Origin: Lama guanicoe
Lineage: Eukaryota
Direction of reading: 5' to 3'
DNA length: 64,000 nucleotides
NCBI GenBank assembly: GCA_013239625.1
Contig: MU053487.1
Span: 2,439,058-2,503,057, forward strand
A model generated the notes under the pieces. The model worked only from the letters and a program-made list of their open reading frames with translations, made no database searches and was not told the DNA's origin. The position numbers and the translations under genes were made by a program. Shown in pieces: positions 47,930-60,379 of the stretch (position 1 is the first letter of the stretch; every line of letters begins with the position of its first letter).

Positions 47930-50490
47930 GGATGAATGAATTCAGCAAAGTTGCAGAGATACAAAATCAACACAAAAAAATTGGTTGCATTTCTATATAT
48001 TAACAATAAACAAACCAAAAAGGAAATTAAGAAAGCAACACCATCTACAATTTAAGAAAAAAAGAATAAAATACTAAGAATAAACTTAACTAAGAAGGCA
48101 AAAGATCCATCCACACACTAAAAACCACAAAACATTGCTGAAAGAAATTAAAGGAGACAAATAAATGGGAAGCCACCTCCTGTCATGGACTGGAAAAGTT
48201 CTAATATTGTTAAAATGTCAATACTCCCCAAAGAAATCTACAGATTCAATGCTTTCTCTATCAAAGCCCAACGACAGTTTTTGAAAAAAACAGAAAAACC
48301 CATTTCAACATTAAAACTCCAATGGAATCTCAAGGGACTCCAAACAGCCAAAACAATTTTGAAAAAGAACAAAGTTGAAGGCATAACACTTCCTGATTCC
48401 AAAACTTACTAGAAAGCTACAGTAATCAAAACAATATGTTCCTAGCATAGAGAGAGACATATAGACCAACAGAACATAACAGATGGCCCTCCAAAACCCT
48501 GGCATAAACAGTCAAATGATTTTCAACAAGGGTGTCAAGATCAGTCAATGGGAAATAGATAGTCTTTTGGACAAACAGTGCTGGCAAAACTGGATATCCA
48601 TATGCAAAAGAATAAAACTGGACCCTTACTTCATGTCATATACAAAAATTAACTCTTAGTAGGTCAAAGAGATAAATGTAAGAGCTAAAACTGTCCATAC
48701 ACAAAAAACTTTCTGACACTGAATTTAGCGATTTCTTGCATATGATGCCAAAAGCACAGGCAACAAAAGAAAAAGATGAACTGGACTTCAACAAAATTAA
48801 AAGCTGTTGTGTAGCAAAGTACACTATCAACAGAGTAAAAAAGCAACCAATGGAATAGGAGAAAATATTTGCAAATCATGTATCTGATTAGGGATTAATA
48901 TGTGGAATCCCTAAAACTCAACAACAACAACAACAAACCCCAATTCAAACATGGGCAAAGGACTTGAATAGATATTTCTCCAAAGAAGATACACCGACAG
49001 CCAACAAACACGTGAAAAGATGCTCAGCATCACCAATCATTAGGGAAATGCAAATCAAAACCACAGTGAGGTAGCACCTCACACCCATCAGAATGGCTAT
49101 TATATAAAAAAGATAGAAAATAACAAATATGTCAAGGATGCAGAGATACTGGAACCCCTTTACACTGTAAAATGGTGCAGTTGCTATGGAAAATGGCATG
49201 GCAATTCTTCAAAAAAAATTAAACACAGAATTACTATATGATCCAGCAATTCCACTTATGGGTATATACTCAAACGAAATGAAAGCAGGAACTCAAACAG
49301 ATATACACTTGCATTCATAGCAGCATTATTCACAATAGCCAGGGGAGTGGGAAGGGACAGACTGGGATTTCAAAATGTAGAATAGATAAACAAGATTGTA
49401 CTATATAGCACAGGGAAATATATATAAAATCTTGTGGTAGCTCACAGCGAAAAAAACAAGTGATAATATGTGCATGTTCATGTATAACTGACAAATTGTG
49501 CTCTACACTGGAATTTGAAACAACATTGTAAAATGACTATAACTCAATAAAAAATGTTTAAAAATTAAAAAAATAAAAAATAAAAAATAAAAATAGCACA
49601 GTGTCAATAATTCATGAAGATAGTTCACAAATGAGTGACATGTCAGATACAATGTCCTAATGAATTATTTCATATGTTAATGTCATCTGAAAATAAGCTC
49701 TGTAAAACCCATAATTTCTATTTCTTGTTATTTCTTTATTTATACCAAGATTATATCAAAGAATGCCTTTGAACAATATTATATGAATAATATTCACTAT
49801 GAATGATTGTGCAAATAAATGAAGTTCACTACGTATATGGACTTGTAAAGTAGTTAAGTCCTAGAAACAAGAGAATACACATGATTGCTACACACAGATA
49901 TTATATTTTTTAAAAAGATGCCTAGCTACTAACTGTGAAAAGAGCAGACTAGATTTAAACTAGAACAATGTTTTAGTTTCATTTCCATAGACCCAAGTCT
50001 GTATGTGTTTATTTGAATGCATATTCAAATATTAATAAAATGTAACATCAAATATTAAAAAAAAACAATAGCCAAAAGATGGAAGCAACCCAAATGTCCA
50101 TCACTAGATGAATGGATAAACAAAATGTTTTATACACATACACACAATGAAATAGTATTCCACCTTGGAAAGGAGTGAAATTCTCATACATGCTACAACA
50201 TGGATGAACTTTGAGGACATTATGCTAAGGGAAATAAACTAGTTTTAAAAGACAAATACTACCTGATTCCACTTACGAGGTACCTAGAGTAGGCAAATTC
50301 ACAGGGACAGAAGACAGAATAGTGGTTACCAACGGCTGGGGGGAATGAGGAGTTATTGTTTAATAGGCACAGAGTTTCCATTTGAGAGGATGAAAAAGTT
50401 CTGGAGGTAGATGGTGGTGATGGTGGCACAACAGTGTGAATGTAGTTAATGCCACTAAGTTGTACACTTAAAAATATTGAAAATGGTATA
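47930..50490 (+). mobile_element. L1MA/MB-type element (ORF2 3' half and 3'UTR), split at 49341/50065 by a younger insertion
   Basis: Translation [17 protein letters not shown]...[18 protein letters not shown]1 text resumes exactly at ttcacaatagcc|aaaagatggaagcaacccaaatgtcc. Confidence 0.95.
49342..50064 (+). mobile_element. Young L1 3' end plus ~460 bp transduced flank plus second poly(A)
   Basis: L1 3'UTR and tail 49342-~49593; non-L1 AT-rich DNA to 50056; AATAAA 50034-50039; A-tract; TSD acaatagcca at 49332-49341 and 50065-50074. Confidence 0.88.
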
Positions 50491-53099
50491 TAAGACAGGA
50501 GGACAGTGACCCTCTCATGATCTTAACTGTTCATTTAGACATAGTGATATCCATGGAGGAGGAAAAAAAAATTGAAAATAAAAAATCGAAAATAGAATTT
50601 TGTTTTTCTATTTTTAGTCCTATAATCCTTAGACCACTTAACTGGAGTACTTTTTTTTTTTAATAGCAACAACCTGTATGCTTACTAATTATACTATAAT
50701 TATACAATAAACAAGACAATAAGTTACAATAAATACAATAATTACATTGTTGTTGTAAATGGCTAAACCATTTAACAGAGAAATATTTTAACATCCTAAT
50801 CTTCTGCCCACAGCCTACTCTATTTAATTGAGAAATCAGAGTCAAAAGATTGCTTCTAGATGTTAAAATGTTTCTACTGAGGAAAGTGGGAGATGTAGAA
50901 AGAATAACAAAGTGATCAGAACAAGCAACTTAAAAGTTAAATTCATTTCCTAAAGCAGGTGAAGATATTTTACATCAAAACCAGTTAAAATTTTGGTATT
51001 TCATAATGAAGGAAAACTAAGATATAGAAGGTTCAAATTGAAAACAATGGGGAAATGAACTGATTTTTTAAGAAGAGTTTTAATAATCTACTTATGAGAA
51101 AATAAAAACACCTGACAAGCCCTTGCACTCCAAGATTTTCCCAGCCTCTTTTCCGCTCTTGCTCCTCTGCTCTGTTCTAATCTCATTCTGTTTTTGGAGG
51201 AGGGGAAGGTTAAGACAGGGAAGGGACATAGTAAGATAAGAGAAATAAAACAGATATTAGAAATAAAGAGAGAAAAATACTCAGTTATTTTTCCTCCTCA
51301 CACTGAGTACTAAATACATCATCATCATCAAATGCTAAGGGCAAGGAAAAATAAAATTTCCTGGAGTGCCAACCTAATCTAAAGCAAAAGAAAGGAAACC
51401 ATCTGTAGCTTTTGCATCCATAAATTAAGTCTGTATACCAAATTCTTCAAACTCCACTCTATATACTCCACTCTAATACAAGGCTGCAGATAAATATGAT
51501 GACATGAACCTTGGTCAAAAGAATGAAGTACTAAGCTCTTTAACAGCTTTCTAGCTAAGAAGTGAGTCAGTTAAAGAACTTTAAACTCGAGCACTTTATT
51601 CACTACTCATAGGAAACACCAAAGATTTCATGAGAAAGCACATGGTACAGGAAGGCAGCTATGCTGGGAGATGGTATCTGGTAATAACCAAGAGTTTAAA
51701 GAGATAACCTCCTGATACTACACGTGATACTGTACAGTTCAATAGGAAGAAGAGAATGAGGATCTGGGAAGAAGCTAATTTCTCAGTATGAACTCAGAAT
51801 AATCCTGCAAAACAGCCCATCATTCCTGCTGTCCTTTTGATCCCAGTGACAAGTGTGAAGGTCTCTGGACTAGACTATTTTCAACTAGGGGCACGGCCTC
51901 CCCATGTGGGTAACAACAATGTTTTTTCCCTGTTGTAAAACATTTGACTGATTCTTGCCAAATACTCTCAGAACCAGACATGACATCAATACTGGTACAA
52001 TCCTGTGCTCCTCCTCATGCACATTTTTCTAAAACACTCTCCTTGTTAGTTTTCCTCAATCACACTCACTCCTTAAAGAAAAAAAAAAGAGGAAGACAAA
52101 AAACTGGATCCTAGGATATGCATGCGAAGCACAATTTCACCCCAATACTTAGGCTTAATCTTCGGAAGGTAAATGTCCTTTATCAACTCCCTCTTCCGTG
52201 GTTGCCACCTTTCCTAAACCGCAGGCTTTCCTGACTTGTAGTGGTGCCAAGACAGATTATGGTTATGTGGTAGGTTCTGTCAGGCGAGCTTTGACAAGGC
52301 CTCAAAATAGACCCTGGGCACCGGCCAGGGAAACTGCCACTCACAAGTTCCAATTTCATCCTCATATATGAGTCCCTAAGCACTTTTTTTTCTTCTAGTC
52401 TCTCTCATTTTAAAAGGGCAAAGATTCCTGAACCTTCTCCTGGTCAGTATAACACTGAAATTAAAAATTTAAACCTCCTTCATTCTGCTCACAAACACTC
52501 TGCAGAATAAAGACTGAATCTGCACCTACCTTCTGCTTTGAGAAATTAATCTATCAATAGCACTCTGGTTTGCAAAAGGATTTTTTGGATCTCCAACTCC
52601 ACAGAGGTTTATTTTAATGAATTAATCGGGATATGGAAGATAAAGGAAGAGAGAGATGAGCTATTTATTTCCCATGTGACTAATAATACAGCAGCAGACT
52701 TCTGCAGGGCAAGAAGTGAAACTATATACAATACAATGGTTTAATTGATATTGGTCATAAAATCCTAAAACAATCAAGCTACTACAAAATGCACTCATTT
52801 AACTAGTATTATCAAATATAAATGAAGTAGTTCATCTATAATAGCAGTCTTCAAGGTACAGTATTTTTACCCTTACCAGTACAAATAAAATTACCTAGCT
52901 GTCACTCAAAAACGTTTAAAATCACCTTATAAAATACACTTGTATCATATTTTTAATTGCAAGTAGGATAAAGATTATAAAGTAACTAAATGCTTTTTTT
53001 CTCCTTCTACAAGTTTAAGAAAAAAATTAACTTCTACTATAAAATAAATCCCAACATAGGACTGAAATACATTTTTTAAATTTCACAATTAAAGCCTCT

Positions 53100-53540
53100 A
53101 ATTTGCAATCACACTTCAGAAATATATTCCATATACATATTTCCACACTAGTGCAAAGACATATATTGGGTTGTTCATTATGGCAGTGTTAGTAGAAAGC
53201 TAAAAATGACCTAAATATCTGTTAATAGGGAATCTTAAAATAAATTATGTAAAATGAACAAGTTATGGTTACACCAGGCAGGATGGACATTTGTGCTAAT
53301 ATAGAATGATCTCTAAGGCATATTAAGGGTACGAATGAAAGGTACAGGACGTTTCTCCCTAACGTACGTATGTGGATTACATATGTCAGAGAAAATCCGG
53401 AGAGAGATACACAGGAAACCATTAACAGTGGTTGCTTGGCTTATGGAGGGCGTGGGGGAATGCTAGAAGTTTATTGTGGAAAGGAAACTTCCTTTTCACC
53501 ATATTACATCTTCTTTTTAAATGTGTTATCAATTTTGAAA
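53100..53540 (+). mobile_element. Old L1ME-type relic
   Basis: gttgttcattatggcagtgtt...acctaaatatctgttaatagggaa...aacagtggttgc. Confidence 0.55.
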
Positions 53541-56254
53541 AGTCCCACAAACATCTACTGAAGTCATGAAGTAAGCATTCTTCTGTGTGTGCCTTTTCTT
53601 CCCTCTTCACCACTTGTATCTGATCAACTGCTCGTCCTACCGCTGGACCAAAACAAAAGCCTACATATTGAGCAAATCTCAGACCTTCGCCAAGAAACAG
53701 AGTTCTCTCTCCATCCCCCCACCAAAAGAAAGAAAGAAAGAATGGAACAAATGAAAAAGTATTAACCTACAACAAAACCAGTTTGCAGCCTTATGTTTGA
53801 TTCCTTTTAAGTCTGGCTTAATTGACTGCAGGCCAAACAGTTTTTAAAGCGAAAGTACAATGTGCAACACAAAAAAAATCATTTCTAACGGTGTCATCTA
53901 TTGTTTTATGGGGGAAAATGGAGAAAAAGGCAAAGTTATTTTACTCACAGGGTAAATTTTGCTCAATTCCTTCCTTTGGAAGTTTTTAAAGTTAAGTTTT
54001 GAATGATGGTCATACAGTCTTTATTTGCAAACTGGATAAGGTGGTACATTTTTCCACTTAAAGGACCATCTCTCCATTCAGATTCTCCAGTGAAAAAGCA
54101 ACTATCTAAAAGGAAAAGACTATGAAATAGCCTCCACTTTGTGGGTGCAATGGAAAGTGCTTCTATGATGAGGACAGAAGGATTTTATTTCCTCTAAAAT
54201 GATCCTCATCAACATTCCCAGCACGCTGCAGGGAGAAATTTTTTTTTCTATATATCATCAATTTCGTTCCTTTTCACACTAGGAGCAGAGTAAACAATTC
54301 ACAAAGAGCTTTGTAAGATATGCCTCCCTCCCTCTCATTTCTAGTAAAGATCTGTTTTTGTTTTCACTTTGAGAGAAAAGGAATCTACTTTGCCAAATAT
54401 ATTCTCCATATCACTTTTTTCCTTCATCATGAAGTTGCGTAAATCCTGATCTAAGAAGGATTCTCTTGCATATCCAGCCATCAAAACTGTCAGTTCAGGT
54501 GGTTTCCACAAGGGATTTTCCAAAAGGGGAATCTCTGTTTACTGGGAACTGAAACTCTTAAGTCACTACTAGCTGGACAAAAATCAAAAGCAACATTTAG
54601 GAACGCTCTGAATATAAGAATGGATATCCACGGAAATAAGACACCAAAATTCAGTCAAAGAATAAAGGAATTTAGTAAGCAAGACCAACAGAATAAACTC
54701 ACCATTACCTGACAACTGATAACTAAAGTTCTTTATAAATCAAAATCAAGGTAAAAAATAAGCTCAATTCCAAAAAGAAGAAGAAAACAAGGCTAAGAGT
54801 ATCAAGAACTCTGTGATTCAAAGTCATTTTGCATAACAACACTTGAAAAGCCCAACACGATCAAATTACATTTCAGCAATGAAAAGTTATTTCTAGTTTT
54901 AAATGAATTCATTCCAGTAATGAATCGCTACTTCAATACACACTTTCTTCTATAATACAATTTAAATATGAACTCAGTGTAGTCTCATTCCACATTTTTA
55001 AGGATAGATTTTGCAAAATGGGTAAGGCCTTCCACTCAAAAGACTGCTTCATGTACCACAGATTCTTTCAGTGAACTTTTTTCCTTCCTTAATGATGGTA
55101 GCTCTCCTTTTCACTGACACTTAGTTTGTTTCTAGACATTTATCTTTTTTCATTTATCCTCCTATGTCTGACAAAAAATGGGTAAAATCACAACAACCCG
55201 CTTAGGAACTAACAAACTCTCAAATCCAACCACTTTGCCAAAGTTCACTTTTTATTTCCTTATCATACTTAGTGACAATAAATATCCAGCAATGAATCTA
55301 AGAAAGTATTAATGCTTTCTATGAGTGAAAGCATCTAATTAAACAGGCAGTAACAAACTTCTAGATTTCCTCTATTCAAATTTTAAGATCCCTATCAATG
55401 ATTCACAAAGTGAGTGACCTAACTTCCTAAATGAATCACACTTTCCGAAATTGTTACCCTACTGGGTATTAATACTGGGTCATCATCTCTACAGATGTGT
55501 TAAACAGACAATGATGTTGCTTAAAACGAGGTTAATTCTGCAAGATCTTCAAACCACAGTAAATTTCAAGTCCCTGCCAACTAACTCTTACCTGTAACAT
55601 TTTGCATTCTCCAACAACTGCACCTTTCCCTACAGATTCATCACTTAAAATGATATCTTGAAATAATGTTATTTCAAACTCTGATTAAGAACTGATCCAT
55701 CCACACCCTGCTCTCCATCTTTCTAGTTTCATTACTGCATCCACATTCTCTTCCCATTGTGAGACCATAAAAAAGTAATGGGCACTATTATCCTAATATA
55801 CATCTTTTTAATCAATGAACCTACTCTACAGTTTTTCTGTTTACTGCAGAAATGCTGAATCATTAAATGGAAACAGCAAAAATGAGCTCAAATAATTGAA
55901 GTTTAGGATACAGTATTTCCCTAGCCAGGTCGCCGCAGCCTCATATTTGTATCTCCCACGGTGGAAAAAGTAGAGCAAACACTTGAACTTTTTTCCCTCC
56001 GAAGAAAGAAAAAGAGATGGGTTTCCTCAGGTCCTCCTGCTTCCTGCTGGATATCGACAGGCAAGAGAAGCAGGCCTGGCTGGAGCTATGTAATTTAACA
56101 ATCTGGGTGTGAATAACACCTTGTATTAGTCAAGCATTAACCCTGACACTCCTAGCAAACGCCTGTTATGCCCGCACTTCAGTTCGGGTCAAGGAGGAAG
56201 GGGGAAAAAATTCCATAAAAATGCTACGCCCTCCACTGGTCTGACACCTTTCCC

Positions 56255-57300
56255 CGGGGTGCCGGTCCGGGGACAGAACCGAGGGAGTGCCGCGTTCGGG
56301 AAGAAGGAACCTCGAGCACCCGAAGCGGAGGGTCAGCGGCCCAATTTCATTTCTCCCACAATAGGAGGAACGGCTTCTCCTCTGGCGGACAGAGGGTGGG
56401 CGTTGGAGCCCGGGAGTGATGCCGGAGGACGCTGCAGGCAGGGGGCGAGCCCGACCCCGGGGCCCGCCGAGGGCCCGGCCCCCAGCAGGGGTCGGCGACA
56501 GCGCGGACCTCGCCAGGCTGCACAGGCCGGGAAGGGGGTCCCGCTCCCTGCTCTCCCCCGGGCCAGAGGGAGGAGCGGCCCTTACCTGTCTCCGGGCGCG
56601 GGCTGTGGCTGCGGCGCCGCCCGGGAAGGGCCGGAGAGCGGCTCGCCGGCCCGGGGCTCGCCGGCCCGGAGCCCGCCGGGGCGAAGGGTGAGGGGCGCGG
56701 AGTGCGGACTCGGTCCCGGGTCCCCGGCCAGGCAGGCCGGGCTGGACGTGGCGGATCCCGGCGCCGGCGGCCGGTCAGTCAGTCACGCCGGTGTCCCCTC
56801 AGCGCCGCGGCTGAGACAGCGGGAACCGGCCCCCGGGAGGAGCCGCAGCCCGAGAGGGAGGCGGCGGAGGCGGAGGCGGAGGAGGGGCGGGGCCACAGGG
56901 TCGGCGACCCTCTCACCCGGAAGCAGTTGTGGGCGCGGCGGCGCGCGCGGCAGGTTGGGCTTGATCCCGGCAGGCTGAGGGCCAGGTGTACCCGGTTCTC
57001 CCGCGGCCAGCTGCGCGCTGCCCCGTGGGAAGAGGCCCCTGCCACCCTGTTCCCACACCAAGGGCTGCCAGACCGTGCCGGAGGTGGGGGCGGAGGCCAG
57101 GGCAGCCTCGAGTGGCTCCTCCGGGCCCGCGAGGCCTGCCCAGCCCTTCCGCCCCCAGGACAGGGACCGAGAATGTAAATTGATGCGCGTGCCCGTTCAA
57201 GGCTGCACCTGTCCCGGTCACCTCTAATCTGTTCCGCCAAGTGGGCTTGGGTAAGTGGGCCCTAGTGGCAGCCAACGGCGGGTGAGCGGGTGTGGTTGAA
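56255..57300. promoter_or_regulatory. LRRFIP2: CpG island / LRRFIP2 promoter
   Basis: Abrupt GC- and CpG-rich block in AT-rich DNA; GC boxes GGGGCGGGGC (56884-56893) and GGGGCGGAGG (~57087); ETS-type CCGGAAG (56917-56923); no TATA box seen. Confidence 0.93.
56586..56930 (-). other. LRRFIP2: LRRFIP2 exon 1 (non-coding 5'UTR; 5' end approximate)
   Basis: Strong donor CAG|GTAAGG on the minus strand (plus-strand cttacctg, 56581-56588) inside the CpG island; no minus-strand ATG between 56586 and 56930. Confidence 0.8.
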
Positions 57301-58389
57301 ATGCTTGAAAGCCTTATTTCCAAAATACATACGCGTGATTTTGAAATGATTTCCGGAGAAGAATGCTGGGGCGAGGGGGGAGGAATATAGAGTCCGTTAA
57401 ATATCTGATAGACACGGACCTGTCATTAATTCCGAAATATCTGTCGAGATCCACCAGGTTCAAGGCACTGGAGAAATACCAGGGTCCTGCTCTTTGAGAA
57501 GATTGTCTTCTAGTGGGGTAGACAGATTCAGGCAAACAAGTTAATGACAGATTATGGTAAGGCTTCGCAGGAAATGCACTTAGGGGATGAGAGATTACGT
57601 GAGCGAGACCTCTTCGGCAGGATAGGATGGTTAGAGAATACCTCCAGAGGGGAGTTGAGCAGCCTCCTGAGAAGAAGGTACGAAATACACTTCGACACAA
57701 CTTTACATCTAAAGACTATAGGTTCCAGAACTTGAATAAGCCCACGGATTCCATGTTAAGAGCCCGTCTCTAAAGCGTTCTAAGGGCTGTTTCTGTGCTG
57801 CCCACTCCTGCGATTTCAGAAAGCTTGCTAACCCCTTTGGAGTTGATGAGGGCTAGGGTATGGCACTGCAAGGGGAGGTTCAAGGCATGAATGACGCAAC
57901 TTTGGTCTCTAGGTGGTGAGATATCGACAGATGCTTCATTGCAGGGAGAGTTATCAGACCATTAGCCTTGAAAGACAACTTCTTTAACCTTTCACTGTTT
58001 CCCTTCTGTGTCATCTTTCTCAGACCATGAGCAAACACTAACACTATGGCTTTTACCTGCGATCAAGAGGAACTTAATCTTCCTGAACGATCATACTATG
58101 TTATGATCTGAATAAAGCATTAATGACATGTTTTGCTGAATCAGTTAAAGGTAAAATAAAAAGCAGACTTGCAAGAGATAACTTATTCAGGTACCTGAAT
58201 AATACCAATAAATCCAATAATGTTTATTAAGTATTAGTTTATATAATTGCATAATTAATGGAGATTGTTTGGATATCAGGATTCCATTCTCTTGCTTTTT
58301 GTTTTTTCTCCTTAGCCACTTGTTTTGGCTCATACCAAACAAACAGAAAGAGTTTGCTGTGTCTTCTAAGAAAACTGGAAGGGTACTCA

Positions 58390-58600
58390 CACTTAGTGAG
58401 TACCTACTATTTGCACAGCATTGTGCCAGGCACTTAAATGTATTATCCCTTTCAGTACTAGGACCAACTTTGAGATGTGAGGATTATTGTACCCATTTTA
58501 GTAACAAAGACATTGAGATTCAGAGAAATTATGACTTGCCTAAGGTAACAAACTAGTTGCAGAAAGAATCAGAATTTGAACTCGAGTCTTTCTGGCCCTA
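58390..58600 (-). mobile_element. MIR
   Basis: gagtacctacta...cccatttta...gagattcagagaaattatgacttgcctaaggtaaca...agaatttgaactc. Confidence 0.82.
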
Positions 58601-59491
58601 ATCCCCCTTTTACTTCATGCCATGTGGCTGTACTTTAATATTTAAGAGGAAAATATAAATGAAGTGTCCAGCCTAGCAGATTTCTATGTTGCTCTTACAA
58701 TTTTATGATGAAACTACTTTAAGGTAAAATGGTATGAGGCAACTTTGGAATTTCTCTATGTTTTTACTTCTCCCACTATTGGATATTTGCCATCTGTTGC
58801 TAAAAAAAACTATTCCACTTGTTTTATGAGTTCATGATGTCATGTGTCTTTTGAATGCTCCCAAGACTGTTGTAAAGTATGATGCTAACGTCTTGTCATT
58901 GCAAGGAGATCCTGATGAAATGCATCACTATGAGTTGTTTCACAAGTGGCCTTTCCCTGCACAGTAAGTGCTTGCTTTCTGCCAAAAATATGTGTTCTCA
59001 GATCTTTATGGAATATTCTGACATGTGAATGCCTCCAGGTCTGTGTGGGCTGGCTGCTCTAGGGACATATTAATAGAAAAAGGAAAAGTCTGAAAGTGTT
59101 TATACAGTTTTGAGGATTTGTACATTTTGGTTCATTTCATATCAGATCCTTCACATTTTTCTTTGATGATGTCAAGAAATAAAAATTTTCGTTTCTCAAG
59201 AGCAAACACCCATTTTTGTGGTCTTCACAAAATTAACTTCATTTTGTAAACACAATACTATGTTTCACTAGTTCAGACATTAAAAAGAGGATGCTACTTT
59301 TCAGAGCCCATTATTTTTATTAGTAAAATGTGTGTGTGGCACACTTTGGAAGCATTTTATAAATTTTTGTTAACTCCTTACAAACCCTTGGAAACCTAGC
59401 AAAGCAGCAGTCTTTGACTATGAATGTTTGCTTTAAGTTTTCTTTCCAAAAATACTTTCTTATCTAGATTTACTATTTTTTCTTGCCGTCC

Positions 59492-59640
59492 TTTTTTTTT
59501 TTTTTTTTTTCAGAAATAGTTACAGACTCACAAGAAGTTACAAAAATAGTACAGAGAGGTCCTGCGTACTCTTTACCCAGTTTCTTTTGGCAGCATCTTA
59601 CATACCTAAAATACATTATTAAACCTAAGAAATTGACATC
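59492..59640 (-). mobile_element. L1MC/MD-type 3' end with T-tract
   Basis: T-run then agactcacaagaagttacaaaaatagtacagagaggtcc...gaaattgacat. Confidence 0.75.
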
Positions 59641-60379
59641 TTGCTCTTTTTAGATTTTTAGTTTCTTTTTATGTGTTATATCAAAAAAATCATCATTTTG
59701 CAGCAATTCATTTCTATTATATTTAGCTCTTCTCCTTTTCCTAAATTAGTAAATGACAATATCAATAAGCTTGCCATGATGTTTGTCAGGAATTACAAGT
59801 TCACTAAAAAAAAAATTCTGTAGGTCAGCACACTTAAATGTGATTTATTTGTAAGATTTTTGCTTTTTTTTTTTTTTTGCTTACACTGTTCCATGTCATC
59901 CTGCCCTAATAAATCTATCGATTTGTACAGCCTGTGTATGTGTGTGTTTTAATGCATTCTCTGACCACTGGAACATTTTCAAAGAGATGGCTGTTAAAGT
60001 AAAAGAAAATAAATGCAAAGCTCCTCATTTGACGGAAAAATAAAATCTAAACATCTAACTATCCAAATGAAAATGACATGATCTGTTGGTTTGGAAGCCA
60101 GATCTCACTTATGGCTAATTCTGGCTCCATATTGATTCTCCTAGCCAGAGCAGCTCACCCTTTACTCCATCAGAGAGCAAACGAAGGAAAGAGAAGTGTA
60201 ATTTACTTTCTTCAGTCTTAGTGGTGAGGAAAGGTTGATGAGAGGGGAGAATTGGGGGTTTCGTGTAGGTATCAATTATGTGTAAATGCCTAATCACAGA
60301 TAATCAAGTGATGGCTCTTCTATATTGCATATTCACTGTAAATGAGTAATCAAACAGCCTTCCTATTACAGCTAATTTT

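Larger units (their letters stand above)
1215..56930 (-). other. LRRFIP2: LRRFIP2 gene, partial (exons 1-14; 3' part lies left of the window)
   Basis: 13 GT-AG-bounded coding exons splice into one open frame starting [59 protein letters not shown], which I recognise as LRRFIP2 (paralogue LRRFIP1 has EIRMKE). TSS is approximate. Confidence 0.97.

Noticed and set aside
56259..57323. Long overlapping ORFs (up to 239 aa) on both strands
   Set aside because: They result from stop-codon scarcity in the CpG island; Arg/Gly/Pro/Ala-rich, several start at GTG/TTG, no recognisable protein.
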